NCBI GenBank assembly: GCA_900617105.1
Contig: UYFQ01000057.1
Location: forward strand, 1-64,000
DNA length: 64,000 nt
Reading direction: 5' to 3'
Origin: Hydrurus foetidus
Lineage: Eukaryota
How positions within the stretch are numbered: position 1 is the stretch's first letter; each line of letters starts with the position of its first letter. Position numbers and translations under genes: made by a program. The notes under the pieces were generated by a model. It did not search any database and was not told the DNA's origin. It was given only the letters and a program-made list of their open reading frames with translations. This document shows positions 9,606-19,784 of the stretch, piece after piece.

Positions 9606-12600
9606 TCAGACCGGTGTTGCCGGCTCGCGTTTGACCCTAAACCAGGCGGCGTACATGGCTGGCAGCGCCAGCAAAGTCAGCACGGTGGCCACGATCAGCC
9701 CGCCCATGATGGCCACGGCCATGGGGCCCCAGAATACCGAACGGGACAACGGAATCATGGCCAGTACCGCAGCCGCGGCCGTCAACACGATGGGGCGCAG
9801 ACGCCGCACGGCCGACTCCACAATCGCGTCCCAGGCCGGGATGCCGTTGGCGCGGTCCTGCTCGATCTGGTCAATCAGGATCACCGAGTTGCGTTGGATC
9901 ATGCCCATCAGGGCGATCACACCCAGCAGCGCCACGAAGCCAAACGGACGGCCCAGCAGGATCAGCGCACCCGCCACACCGGCAATACCCAGCGGTCCGG
10001 TGATGAACACCAGCACCGCGCGGCTGAAGCTTTGTAGCTGCAGCATGAGCAGCGTGAAGGTCAGGAACAGCATGATGGGAACGCCCGTCACGATGGAAGC
10101 TGAGCCCTTGGAGCTTTCTTCCACTGCACCGGCCACCTGGATGGCATAGCCCTGGTAGCCCGCTTTTTGCCACTGGGCCTCCAGTTCCTTCAGCTTGGGC
10201 TGCAGCTCGGCGGTCACGGTGGCGCCTTGCAGGCCTTCCACAATGTCGCCCTGCACGGTGATGGCGTAGTCGCGATTTTCGCGCCACATCACACCCGGCT
10301 CCCAAGTGAACGTGGGCTTGGCGATCTGCGTGAGCGGGATCGACTTGCCGCTGGCGGTGGGCAGGTAGGCGTTGGCAATGTCGGTAATGGCATTGCGTTC
10401 GTCCAGCGGCTGGCGCAGCACGATGTCGATGAGCTTGTCACCCTCTCGGTACTGCCCCACGTTGGTGCCGGCCAACACGGTCTTGGACGCTTGGGCGATG
10501 GACTGGCTGGTCACGCCCAACGCACGGGCTTTGGCCTGGTCCACTTCCAGACGCAGCACCTTGACGGATTCGTTCCAGTTGTCATTGACGCCACGCGTGT
10601 TGGCGCTGGTGCGCATCACGGCCTTGACCTCATCGGCCCGCTCACGCAGGGCCAAAGGCTCAGGGCCGACCACGCGAAACTGCACCGGATAAGGCACAGG
10701 CGGGCCATTGGGCAGCAGCTTGACGCGGCCGCGCACCTCGGGAAACTCGGTGGCCAGCAACGCAGGCAACTTCACCCGCAGGCTTTCACGCACCTTCAAA
10801 TCCTTGGGGATGATGATGAACTGCGACACGTTGGTCTGCGGGAACACCTGGTCCAGCGGCAGGTAAAAGCGTGGCACGCCAGAGCCAATCCAGGTGCTGA
10901 CGGTGTTGACGCCCTCTTCCTGCATCAGGCGCTTTTCCACACGCTGGGAGACTTCCTGGTTGGCCGCGAAGGACGTGCCTTCAGGGAACCAGATATCCAC
11001 CAGAACCTCAGGGCGGCTGGAGTCCGGGAAGAACTGCTGCTGCACCTTGCCCATGCCCACGATGCCCAGGGCAAACACCAGAACGGTGGCCCCGATGGTC
11101 AGCCAGCGGTGCTGCACGCACCAGTTCACGGTTTTGCGAAAAATGTTGTAGAACGGCGTGTCAAAGTGCTCGTTGTGGGCGGACGCCTCGCCCGCATGGT
11201 GTTTGTGTTCCTTGAGGATCAACGTGCCCAGGTAGGGCACAAAGTACACCGACACAAACCAGCTCAGGATCAGCGCCAGCACCGTTACCGCAAAGATGGC
11301 AAAGGTGTATTCACCCGTGGTGGACTTGGCCAAGCCGATGGGCAGAAAGCCCACCGCGGTAATCAGGGTACCCGTCAGCATGGGCATGGCGGTGACTTCG
11401 TAGGCGAAGGTGGCGGCGCGCACCTTGTCGTAGCCCTCCTCCATCTTGCGCACCATCATTTCCACGGCAATGATGGCGTCGTCCACCAGCAGGCCCAGCG
11501 CAATGATGAGCGAGCCCAGCGAGATCTTGTGCAGGCCAATGCCCCAGTAATACATCCCCAGGAAGGTCACGGCCAGCACCAGCGGGATGGTGATGCCCAC
11601 GACCAAACCGGGGCGGATGTCCAGAGTCCAACGCTTCCACAGCGGGTTCTTGCCGGGTCGCTTGTGCAGGCCCAGTGCGATAAAGCTCACTGCCAGCACG
11701 ATCACCACGGCCTCAATCAGCACGCGCACAAACTCGCCCACCGAGGTGGTCACCGACTTGGGCTGGTCCTGCAACTGCACCAGCTTGATACCGGCTGGCA
11801 GGTCTTTCTCAATCCCCTTGAAAACCGACTCCAGCGAACGGCCCAGCGAAATGATGTCGCCGCCCTTGGCCATGGAGACGCCCAGCGCAATCACTTCCTT
11901 GCCCTGGTGGTGCACCTTCACAGCCGGTGGATCCACATAGCCCTTGGCGATGGTCGCAATATCCTTCAGGCGAAGCTGGTTGCCCGAGGCGCCGCGAATC
12001 GGCATGGCTTCGAGCTCTTCCACGCGGTTGAACTGGCCGCCCACACGCACCTGCACCACGTCCAGCGGGGTTTGCACCGCGCCGGCCGATTCCACCGCGT
12101 TTTGCTGCCCCAACTGGGCCAGCACCTGGTTCAGGTCCAGCCCGAGCTGGGCCAGGCGCTTCTGCGAAATTTCGATATACAGCTTCTCGTCCTGCGCACC
12201 GAACAGCTCCACCTTGGCCACATCAGGCACGCGAAGCAGGCGCTGGCGCACGTCGTCGGCAAAGGTCTTGAGCTCGGCGTAGTTGAAGCCATCGGCCTCC
12301 AGCGCGTAGATCACGCCATACACATCACCGAAGTCATCGTTGAAGTACGGACCCTGTATTCCGCCGGGCAAGGTGCCGCGGATGTCGCCCACCTTTTTGC
12401 GCACGCTGTACCAAACGTTAGGCACATCCGCAGGCTTGCTGGAGTCCTTGATCTGGAAAATGATTTGCGACTCACCGGGCTTGGAGTAGCTGCGGATCTT
12501 GTCGGCATAGGGCACCTCTTGCAGGGTGCGCTCGATCTTGTCGGTGACTTGCTCCGCCACCTGCTGCGCCGTGGCGCCCGGCCAGTAGGTGCGGACCACC

Positions 12601-12761
12601 ATGGCGCGGAAGGTAAACGGCGGGTCTTCGTCCTGCCCCAGCTGAAAGTAGGAGACCACCCCCAGCAACAGAAGCACGATCATCAGGTAGCGCGTGAGCG
12701 CCGGGTGGTCCAAGGCCCACTTGGAAAGGTTGAAACCTTTTTTGGGTTCGTCGAGATTCAT
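9606..12761 (-). CDS. RND efflux permease (AcrB/AcrD/AcrF family)
   Basis: About 1050 aa; GLLVDDAII motif; RRLRPIVLT C-terminal motif. Confidence 0.96.
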   Translation of the reverse strand: MNLDEPKKGFNLSKWALDHPALTRYLMIVLLLLGVVSYFQLGQDEDPPFTFRAMVVRTYWPGATAQQVAEQVTDKIERTLQEVPYADKIRSYSKPGESQIIFQIKDSSKPADVPNVWYSVRKKVGDIRGTLPGGIQGPYFNDDFGDVYGVIYALEADGFNYAELKTFADDVRQRLLRVPDVAKVELFGAQDEKLYIEISQKRLAQLGLDLNQVLAQLGQQNAVESAGAVQTPLDVVQVRVGGQFNRVEELEAMPIRGASGNQLRLKDIATIAKGYVDPPAVKVHHQGKEVIALGVSMAKGGDIISLGRSLESVFKGIEKDLPAGIKLVQLQDQPKSVTTSVGEFVRVLIEAVVIVLAVSFIALGLHKRPGKNPLWKRWTLDIRPGLVVGITIPLVLAVTFLGMYYWGIGLHKISLGSLIIALGLLVDDAIIAVEMMVRKMEEGYDKVRAATFAYEVTAMPMLTGTLITAVGFLPIGLAKSTTGEYTFAIFAVTVLALILSWFVSVYFVPYLGTLILKEHKHHAGEASAHNEHFDTPFYNIFRKTVNWCVQHRWLTIGATVLVFALGIVGMGKVQQQFFPDSSRPEVLVDIWFPEGTSFAANQEVSQRVEKRLMQEEGVNTVSTWIGSGVPRFYLPLDQVFPQTNVSQFIIIPKDLKVRESLRVKLPALLATEFPEVRGRVKLLPNGPPVPYPVQFRVVGPEPLALRERADEVKAVMRTSANTRGVNDNWNESVKVLRLEVDQAKARALGVTSQSIAQASKTVLAGTNVGQYREGDKLIDIVLRQPLDERNAITDIANAYLPTASGKSIPLTQIAKPTFTWEPGVMWRENRDYAITVQGDIVEGLQGATVTAELQPKLKELEAQWQKAGYQGYAIQVAGAVEESSKGSASIVTGVPIMLFLTFTLLMLQLQSFSRAVLVFITGPLGIAGVAGALILLGRPFGFVALLGVIALMGMIQRNSVILIDQIEQDRANGIPAWDAIVESAVRRLRPIVLTAAAAVLAMIPLSRSVFWGPMAVAIMGGLIVATVLTLLALPAMYAAWFRVKREPATPV

Positions 12762-12768
12762 AGGCACC

Positions 12769-13938
12769 TCACTTGGCGGCAGGTGCGCTGGCTGCCGGGG
12801 CGGCAGTTGCTATGGATTCAGGAGCTACTGGCGCAGCGGCGACGGGGGCTGGAGCACCTTTTCCATGGTAAATGGTGACTTTCTGACCAGGCGACAGCAC
12901 ATGCACGCCCGCCACCACCACCCGCATGCCAGGCTGCAGGCCATCTGCCACCACGACCGCATTGCCGTCGGCCGTGGCCACCATGATGGGCTGCAACTTC
13001 ACGGTCATGCTGGACGTGTCCAGCACCCACACCGCAGTCGATTTGCCACTTTGGACCAGCGCGCTGGTGGGCAGCTTGACGACCTGCACACCGCTGCGGT
13101 CAAACGCCTGCGGCACCACAGACACCGTGGTGCCCAGGGTGAGCGCATCTTTGCTGTCCAACGCCACCTTGACGGTGAACGTGCGCGTCACCGGGTCGGC
13201 ACTGGCCGCAACCTCGCGCACCAGCCCCTTCACCGTAGTTTTGCTGGCCCAGACCCGCACGTCCACAGCGGAGCCCACCTTGATCAGGGCCACCTTGTCT
13301 TCAGGCACCGCAAACACCACGTCCCGCGGGCCGTCCTGGGCAATTTGCACCACGGGCGTGCCGGCGGTCACCACCTGGCCAGGCTCGGCCGAAATGGCAG
13401 TCACCACACCCGACACATCGGCCACCAGCGTGGTGTACGACGCCTGGTTGCCCTGGCTATTGAGTTGGGCTTGCGCCTGGTCCAGCTGGGCCTGGGCGGC
13501 CTTCAGCGTGGTGTCGCGGCGCTCCAGTTCGGCGCCGCTGATGAAGTTTTGGTCGCGCAGTTCCTTGAAGCGCTTGAAGTCAGCGGCGGCCAGGTCGCGG
13601 TTGGTGGCGGCAGCGGCCACCTGGGCGCGGGCGGCTTCCGTGGCCAGTTTGTAGTCTTGGGGGTCCAGCTGGGCCAGCACCTGGCCGGCTTTCACCATTT
13701 GGCCCAGCTCCACGGGGCGGCGCACCAGCTTGCCGGCGACCCTAAAACCCAGGCGGGATTCCACGCGGGGCCGCACTTCGCCCGAAAACTCGGCACCGGA
13801 CTGGATGCTGTCCATGCCCACGGTAATCACTTTGACCGCACGGATCGGTTCTTCAGGGGGCGCGGGCTTGGAGCAAGCGGACAAGACCAGCGCCGCTGCA
13901 ATGAGCGAGGCCCCGGTGGCAAAAGATTTGAATTGCAT
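12769..13938 (-). CDS. RND periplasmic adaptor (MFP) lipoprotein
   Basis: LSAC lipobox, VKAGQVLAQLD, ADPVTRTF. Confidence 0.95.
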   Translation of the reverse strand: MQFKSFATGASLIAAALVLSACSKPAPPEEPIRAVKVITVGMDSIQSGAEFSGEVRPRVESRLGFRVAGKLVRRPVELGQMVKAGQVLAQLDPQDYKLATEAARAQVAAAATNRDLAAADFKRFKELRDQNFISGAELERRDTTLKAAQAQLDQAQAQLNSQGNQASYTTLVADVSGVVTAISAEPGQVVTAGTPVVQIAQDGPRDVVFAVPEDKVALIKVGSAVDVRVWASKTTVKGLVREVAASADPVTRTFTVKVALDSKDALTLGTTVSVVPQAFDRSGVQVVKLPTSALVQSGKSTAVWVLDTSSMTVKLQPIMVATADGNAVVVADGLQPGMRVVVAGVHVLSPGQKVTIYHGKGAPAPVAAAPVAPESIATAAPAASAPAAK

Positions 13939-14085
13939 GGTGGCAGGTGCAAAGAAGAAAGGAAAAAGGCAGTTGAATCAGGCTCAACCACCCACTAATG
14001 ACCGAATGGTTAGTAATTTAGGGTAACTACTGAGCTTTGTCAAGCCGCTGTAAAGCAAAAAGTGCTGCGGGCACAATCGCCCCCT

Positions 14086-14943
14086 ATGCCTACCGCCCCC
14101 GCCGCCGCGCCGATCGCCCATTACGAGAACTTTCCCGTAGCGTCCTGGCTGTGCCCGCCGCACCTGCGCGCGCCGATTGCCGCGATTTACCACTTTGCCC
14201 GCACGGCGGATGACATTGCCGACGAGGGCGATGCCAGCCCCGCCCAGCGCCTGGCCAGCCTGCAGGCCTACCGCCGGGCACTGCAGCAGGCGGCCGACGG
14301 CGGGACGGCCTTTGCCGACTGGCCCCAGGTGTTTGGCGCGCTGCAGTGGGCGATCCGTGAACACGCCCTGCCCGTGCCGCTGTTGCACGACCTGCTGGAC
14401 GCCTTTGTACAAGACATTGAAAAGACCCGCGACCGCGCGGGCTACGCCGACGAGGCCGCGCTGCTGGACTACTGCCGCCGCTCCGCCAACCCCGTGGGCC
14501 GCCTGCTGCTGCACCTGTATGGCGTACACGACGCAGAGGCCCTGGCGCAGAGCGATGCCATCTGCACCGCGCTGCAGCTCATCAACTTCTGGCAAGACCT
14601 GAGCGTGGACATTCCGCGCGGCCGCTACTACCTCAGCGACGCCGCGCGCGCGCAATTTGGCGTGCCGCAGGCCGATGTACTGGCCCAGCGCCAGACCGAG
14701 GACGCTACCAAACTGATAGCTGCCAGCGCAGACGCGGCGCGGGCTAGCATGCTGCGGGGCGCCCCACTGGTGCACCGCCTGCCGGGCCGCGCCGGTTGGG
14801 AACTGCGCTTGATGGTGCAAGGCGGGCTGCGCATTCTGGACAAAATCGCCGCGCTGGACTACCGCACCCTGAACCAGCGCCCGGTGCTGCGCGCCTGGGA
14901 CTTTCCCGTGCTGCTGTGGCGTGCCTGGCGCATGCACAAGTAG
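14086..14943 (+). CDS. hpnC: Hydroxysqualene synthase HpnC
   Basis: HYENFPVAS, DDIADEG, YCRRSANPVGR, LQLINFWQD. Confidence 0.95.
   Translation: MPTAPAAAPIAHYENFPVASWLCPPHLRAPIAAIYHFARTADDIADEGDASPAQRLASLQAYRRALQQAADGGTAFADWPQVFGALQWAIREHALPVPLLHDLLDAFVQDIEKTRDRAGYADEAALLDYCRRSANPVGRLLLHLYGVHDAEALAQSDAICTALQLINFWQDLSVDIPRGRYYLSDAARAQFGVPQADVLAQRQTEDATKLIAASADAARASMLRGAPLVHRLPGRAGWELRLMVQGGLRILDKIAALDYRTLNQRPVLRAWDFPVLLWRAWRMHK
14703..14748 (+). repeat. 46-bp dispersed repeat, copy inside hpnC
   Basis: CGCTAC..ATAGCTGC..GCGCA..CGCGGGCTAG, aligns without gaps to the intergenic copies. Confidence 0.7.
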
Positions 14944-14965
14944 GCACCACCGGCCTGCCCATAAA

Positions 14966-15011
14966 CGCTACGAAATCAATAGCTACTCCCGCATATCCCA
15001 CGCGGGCTAGA
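14966..15011 (+). repeat. 46-bp dispersed repeat
   Basis: CGCTACGAAATCAATAGCTACTCCCGCATATCCCACGCGGGCTAGA. Confidence 0.8.
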
Positions 15012-15129
15012 CAGCCATTAAGGCAAAAACAAGACCTGACCAAACGGCCCACTATTCGGTGGCCGAATGGGTGCTTTCCCCTAGAATTTTTACCGGGTTG
15101 ATGCCTGCGGCCATGGTCCAATCAAGGAC

Positions 15130-16050
15130 ATGTTTGCGTCAGTTAATAAAAAAGAGATTTCGTCAGTTCGTTGGACCCGTCGCTCCCTGCTGCACCTTGC
15201 CGGTGCTGGCTTGGCGCTGGGCGGTGTCCGCGCGGGCCACGCACAGTCGCCCATGGCCGTGGTCTACCCCAACCTCAACGCCAATGGTGCAGACAACCTG
15301 GGCTACCGCATGCTGGAGCTGGCCCTGCAACGCTGTGGCAAGCCCTACACCCTCACCCTGCACCCGATGGCCGTGAACGACGAACGTGCGCGCACCATGC
15401 TGCGTCGGGGCGTGGTCGATGTAGCGGACTTTGGCTCGGGCGCCGAGTTTGAAAAAGCCTTCAGCGCGGTCTACTTTCCCATCGACCGCGGCCTGCTGGG
15501 CTACCGGCTCAGCCTGATTCACTACAGCCTGGAAAACGAGTTTGCCCGTGTGGCTAACCTCACGCAGTTGCGCCGCTATCGCGCGGGGCAAGGCCTGGGC
15601 TGGTCCAACAACGCCATCATGCAGGCCGCTGGCATCCCGGTGGTGACCGGGCCTACGCTGGAGTCGCTGTTCGCCATGCTGGAGGCCAAGCGCTTTGACT
15701 TTTTGCCGTTGGGCCTGAACGAGGTGTATGGCTTCTCCGAGCAGTACGGCGACTTTGCTCCCTCCATGGTGGTAGACCCGCATGTGCTGCTGATCTACCG
15801 TTTTGCCCGCCTGTTTTTTGTGCGGCCAGACAGCACCGAACTGCACGCCATGATTTTGTCGGGCCTCAAGCGCGCGTTTGCCGATGGCGCGTTCCAGAAA
15901 CTACTCGCCAGCGACCCCTCGGTGCGCCGCGCCCTGCAGCGCGCCAAGCTGGCGCAGCGGGCCACCATCACCATCGACAACCCCCTGCTCACCGATGCGT
16001 TTTTGACCATCCCCGACGAGTACTACTTCAAACCCTCCGACTTCCGCTAA
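15130..16050 (+). CDS. Periplasmic substrate-binding-like protein with a Tat-type signal
   Basis: TRRSLL twin-arginine leader; PIDRGLLGYR, GQGLGW and MLEAKRFD motifs typical of family-3-like SBPs. Confidence 0.8.
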   Translation: MFASVNKKEISSVRWTRRSLLHLAGAGLALGGVRAGHAQSPMAVVYPNLNANGADNLGYRMLELALQRCGKPYTLTLHPMAVNDERARTMLRRGVVDVADFGSGAEFEKAFSAVYFPIDRGLLGYRLSLIHYSLENEFARVANLTQLRRYRAGQGLGWSNNAIMQAAGIPVVTGPTLESLFAMLEAKRFDFLPLGLNEVYGFSEQYGDFAPSMVVDPHVLLIYRFARLFFVRPDSTELHAMILSGLKRAFADGAFQKLLASDPSVRRALQRAKLAQRATITIDNPLLTDAFLTIPDEYYFKPSDFR

Positions 16051-16080
16051 TGGCAGCCGCGGGATGTAACAATCCCCGCC

Positions 16081-16920
16081 ATGACCCCAGAGCAATACGT
16101 CCAGGAAAAAGCCGCAGCCAGCGGCAGCAGCTTCTACTACGCCTTTCTGTTTCTGCCCGCCCCCAGGCGCGCCGCCATTACCGCCTTTTATGCGTTTTGC
16201 CGCGAGGTGGACGACGTGGTGGACGAGATGGTGGATGCCGGTGTGGCCGCCACCAAGCTGGCCTGGTGGCAAACCGAAGTGGCGCAGTCGTTCTCAGGCA
16301 ACCCGGTGCACCCGGTGATGAAGGCGCTGATGCCGCACACCGCCGTCTACGGCATTGAGGCGCGCCACCTGCTGGGCGTGATCGAAGGCTGCCAGATGGA
16401 CCTGGAGCAAACCCGCTACCTGGACTACCCCAATCTGCAGCGCTACTGCCACCTGGTGGCGGGCGTGGTGGGCGAGGTGGCCGCACGCATCTTCGGCCAG
16501 ACCGACCCGCAAACCACGGCCTACGCCCACAAGCTGGGCCAGGCCCTGCAACTCACCAACATCCTGCGCGACGTGGGTGAAGACGCGCTGCGCGGCCGCA
16601 TCTACCTGCCCGTCAACGAGCTGCAGCAGTTCGACGTGAAGGCGCACGAGATCTTGAAGCGCACCTACTCCGACCGCTTCACCGCGCTGATGAAATTCCA
16701 GGCGCAGCGCGCACAAGGCCTGTACGACGAAGCCCTGGCCCTGCTGCCCGCCGCCGACCGCCGCACGCAAAAGCCCGGCCTGATGATGGCCAGCATCTAC
16801 CGCGCCCTGCTGCGCGAAATCGAGGCCGACAACTTCCAGGTACTGCACCAGCGCATTGCGCTCACGCCGCTGCGCAAGTTCTGGCTGGCGTGGAAGGTGC
16901 AAGCCCTCGGTCGTCTATGA
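16081..16920 (+). CDS. hpnD: Presqualene diphosphate synthase HpnD
   Basis: SGSSFYYAF, REVDDVVD, LQLTNILRDVGED. Confidence 0.96.
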   Translation: MTPEQYVQEKAAASGSSFYYAFLFLPAPRRAAITAFYAFCREVDDVVDEMVDAGVAATKLAWWQTEVAQSFSGNPVHPVMKALMPHTAVYGIEARHLLGVIEGCQMDLEQTRYLDYPNLQRYCHLVAGVVGEVAARIFGQTDPQTTAYAHKLGQALQLTNILRDVGEDALRGRIYLPVNELQQFDVKAHEILKRTYSDRFTALMKFQAQRAQGLYDEALALLPAADRRTQKPGLMMASIYRALLREIEADNFQVLHQRIALTPLRKFWLAWKVQALGRL

Positions 16921-18218
16921 AGGTAGCCGTTGTCGGCGCTGGCTGGGCCGGCATGGCGGCGGCTGTCACAGCCACGCAAGCCGGCCACCACGCTACAGTT
17001 TTTGAAGCAGCCCGCGCAGTCGGGGGGCGGGCTAGAGCCCTGAATGGCACATTGCCGGACGGCACGCCCGTGGTGCTGGACAACGGCCAGCACATCCTGA
17101 TTGGCGCCTACAGCGAAACCCTGAAACTCATGCGCACCGTGGGCGTGGACCCACAGCAAACGCTCTTACGCCTGCCGCTCACGCTGCTGTTCCCCGATGG
17201 CGAGGGTTTGGCCCTGCCCGACTGGCCCAGCCCGCTGGATGCGCTGGCTGGCATTGCACGCGCCAAGGGCTGGACGTGGGCCGACAAGTGGAGTCTGCTG
17301 CGCGCCGCCACCGGCTGGCAGTTGGGCGGTTTTGCCTGTGCGCCGCAGACCAGTGTGGCCGACCTGTGCCGCACGCTAACGCCCACCGTGCTGGCCACCA
17401 TGATCGACCCGCTGTGCGTGTCCGCCCTCAACACGCCGGCCGCGCGCGCCAGCGGCCAGGTGTTTCTGACCGTGCTGCGCGACTCGCTGTTTGGCGGGCG
17501 CGGCAGCTCCAATCTGCTCTTGCCACGCACCGACCTGGCCACGCTGTTCCCCCAGGCGGCGGCCGACTGGCTGCAAGCGCAGGGTGGTGTGGTGCAGTTG
17601 GGCACGCGGGTGGAGCAGGTCGCCCCCCAACCCACCGGCTCCGGTTGGCTGGTCAACGGCCAACCCTTTGACGCCGTGTTGTGGGCCACTGCATCATCCA
17701 ATGCGGCTCTAGCCCTCGTGGAATATGCGCAAGCAGCTCCTGAAACCATAGCAAGTGCCATGCGCACCTGGGCTGCCACGGCGCAGGCGCTGCAGTTTGA
17801 AGCCATTGCCACCATCTACACCCATGGCACCGGCGCGCGCCTGAGCCACCCCATGCTGGCGCTGCGCAGCGATGCCGCCCACCCCGCGCAGTTTGTCTTT
17901 GACCGCGGCCAGCTCGGCGGCCAGTCCGGCGGTGTTCAGGGGCTGCTGGCCTTTGTGGTCAGCGCCAGCGAGGGCGACCGCGACACCCTGCAAACCCAGG
18001 TGCTGGCCCAGGCGCAAGCCCAGTTGGGCCTGGCGCTCACGCCGCTGCAAACCGTGGTGGAAAAACGCGCCACCTTTGCCTGCACACCAGGGCTGGTGCG
18101 GCCACCCCAGGCCATTGCACCCGGCCTATGGGCCTGTGGTGACTATGTAGATGGCCCCTACCCCGCCACACTGGAAGGTGCGGTGCGCAGCGGCGTGGCT
18201 GCCGCAGGCCTTTTATAA
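16917..18218 (+). CDS. hpnE: Hydroxysqualene dehydroxylase HpnE (FAD oxidoreductase)
   Basis: GAGWAG, DNGQHILIGAY, YPATLEGAVRSG; ATGA overlap with hpnD. Confidence 0.95.
   Translation: MKVAVVGAGWAGMAAAVTATQAGHHATVFEAARAVGGRARALNGTLPDGTPVVLDNGQHILIGAYSETLKLMRTVGVDPQQTLLRLPLTLLFPDGEGLALPDWPSPLDALAGIARAKGWTWADKWSLLRAATGWQLGGFACAPQTSVADLCRTLTPTVLATMIDPLCVSALNTPAARASGQVFLTVLRDSLFGGRGSSNLLLPRTDLATLFPQAAADWLQAQGGVVQLGTRVEQVAPQPTGSGWLVNGQPFDAVLWATASSNAALALVEYAQAAPETIASAMRTWAATAQALQFEAIATIYTHGTGARLSHPMLALRSDAAHPAQFVFDRGQLGGQSGGVQGLLAFVVSASEGDRDTLQTQVLAQAQAQLGLALTPLQTVVEKRATFACTPGLVRPPQAIAPGLWACGDYVDGPYPATLEGAVRSGVAAAGLL
17708..17753 (-). repeat. 46-bp dispersed repeat, copy inside hpnE
   Basis: Reverse complement TGCTATGGTTTCAGGAGCTGCTTGCGCATATTCCACGAGGGCTAGA. 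Confidence 0.8.
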
Positions 18219-18285
18219 AACTTACTATCTTTAAATTAACTTAAATGTTATATTTATTGAAAGTTAGTTTTTATAAAGGCATTGC

Positions 18286-18651
18286 ATGGCAACCTCCGTC
18301 GCATGGTTCATGGTCTTTCTCGGCCTGGCGCACATCGCCTACGGTGTGCGCAAATACCGCGCGCCCTTGCGGGCGGCCTGGGTCGGTGGCTACATCGGCC
18401 AGTTCGCCGCCACGGAAGAACGCCGCACCGCCTTCTGGTTTCTGATCTTTGGCCCACTGCTCGTGCTGGCCGGCCACGCCGCCCTGCACGCGGCGGCCAC
18501 CGGTGACCTGGCGCTACTGAAGATCGTGGGCAGCTACCTGCTGCTGACTGGCGTGCTGGGTGCCGCGGCCTTTCCCAAATCCCCCTTCTGGGCTGCAGTG
18601 CCTGCCGGGCCCCTGCTCATTGCCGCCGGCTACGGCTGGCTGTCGCTTTAA
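18286..18651 (+). CDS. Small membrane protein of unknown function
   Basis: Four hydrophobic segments; first gene after an AT-rich promoter region. Confidence 0.7.
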   Translation: MATSVAWFMVFLGLAHIAYGVRKYRAPLRAAWVGGYIGQFAATEERRTAFWFLIFGPLLVLAGHAALHAAATGDLALLKIVGSYLLLTGVLGAAAFPKSPFWAAVPAGPLLIAAGYGWLSL

Positions 18652-18665
18652 ACAAGGATCGCTCC

Positions 18666-19040
18666 ATGTCCAGCTCTGCCTTCAGCGCCAAAGTCTTCGC
18701 CGTCTACCTGTTCCTGGCGGGTGCCGTGCTCATCACCGTCCCCAACCTGCTGCTGACCCTGCTGCAAATACCGCCCACGCCCGACGTGTGGATTCGCGTG
18801 GTGGGGCTGGTCGCTTTCATGATCGGTGTGTACGCCTGGGTGGCGGCCAGCCATGAGTTCAAGCCGTTTCTGGTCGCGTCCGTCTACACGCGCTTTATCG
18901 TCTTCGTGGCGTTCACCACCTTTGCCATCACCGGGCTTGGCAGCCCCATGATCATCCTGTTTGGCCTGGCCGATCTGGCCGGCGGCATCTGGACCTACTC
19001 CGCCTTGCGCGCCGATGCCCGCTGGGACGGCACGGCCTAA
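18666..19040 (+). CDS. Small membrane protein of unknown function
   Basis: Four hydrophobic segments; AAGGA RBS. Confidence 0.75.
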   Translation: MSSSAFSAKVFAVYLFLAGAVLITVPNLLLTLLQIPPTPDVWIRVVGLVAFMIGVYAWVAASHEFKPFLVASVYTRFIVFVAFTTFAITGLGSPMIILFGLADLAGGIWTYSALRADARWDGTA

Positions 19041-19055
19041 CCCTATCCAAAGAAC

Positions 19056-19784
19056 ATGCGCACCACCAAAGCCCAACAAGCCCAAAGCCACCGCCTGCTG
19101 ATCCGCACGGCGGTCGACCTGATGACCCAACACGGGTTTGAGGGAACGACCATGAAGCAGATCGCCCGCGCCGCCGAGCTGGGCGATGCCACCATCTACA
19201 AGTACTTTCCCAGCAAAGAAAAACTAGTGCTGGCCTACTTTGATCAGGCCGTGGAAGACGCCCTGGTGGCCATGCGCAAGACCAAGGGTTTGGACAAGTT
19301 TTCGCTGCAAGAGCGCATGCAGCTGCTGGTGGATCACCTGCTGGAAACCCTGCTGCCCGACCGCGAATTTGTGGCCCTGGCGCACCAACTCCTCGGACGC
19401 GCACCGCTGGCCCTGCTCAGCGGCTCTTTGCCCGGCAAGGCACTGCTGCAAGCCGCGTTTACCGAGATGCTGGAGGCCGCGCAGGCCAGCGGCGAGATAC
19501 CGCCCTGCGGCTTTCAGGGCAGTCTGTCCAGCCTGATGGCCGACTATGTGTATGCGGTGCTGGGCTTCTGGCTGCGCGACACGTCGGACGGCTTTGCCGA
19601 CACCACGCGCATGACCGACCTGAGCCTGGGCGTGCTGACGCTGGCCTTGCGCAGCGGCCTGGTGGACCGCCTGCTGGAACTGGGCGGCTTCATGCTGCGC
19701 AGCCAGCTCTCGCGTCTGCTGCAACCCGGCGGCGGCTGGCTGGACCTGATGCAGCGCGCGCGCCAAACATTACAAACCCCATGA
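19056..19784 (+). CDS. TetR family regulator
   Basis: GFEGTTMKQIARAAELGDATIYKYFPSKE HTH. Confidence 0.93.
   Translation: MRTTKAQQAQSHRLLIRTAVDLMTQHGFEGTTMKQIARAAELGDATIYKYFPSKEKLVLAYFDQAVEDALVAMRKTKGLDKFSLQERMQLLVDHLLETLLPDREFVALAHQLLGRAPLALLSGSLPGKALLQAAFTEMLEAAQASGEIPPCGFQGSLSSLMADYVYAVLGFWLRDTSDGFADTTRMTDLSLGVLTLALRSGLVDRLLELGGFMLRSQLSRLLQPGGGWLDLMQRARQTLQTP

Noticed and set aside
13994..14014. Imperfect inverted repeat upstream of the RND operon as a TetR operator
   Set aside because: The repeat is short and imperfect with no adjacent regulator, so there is not enough support to call it.
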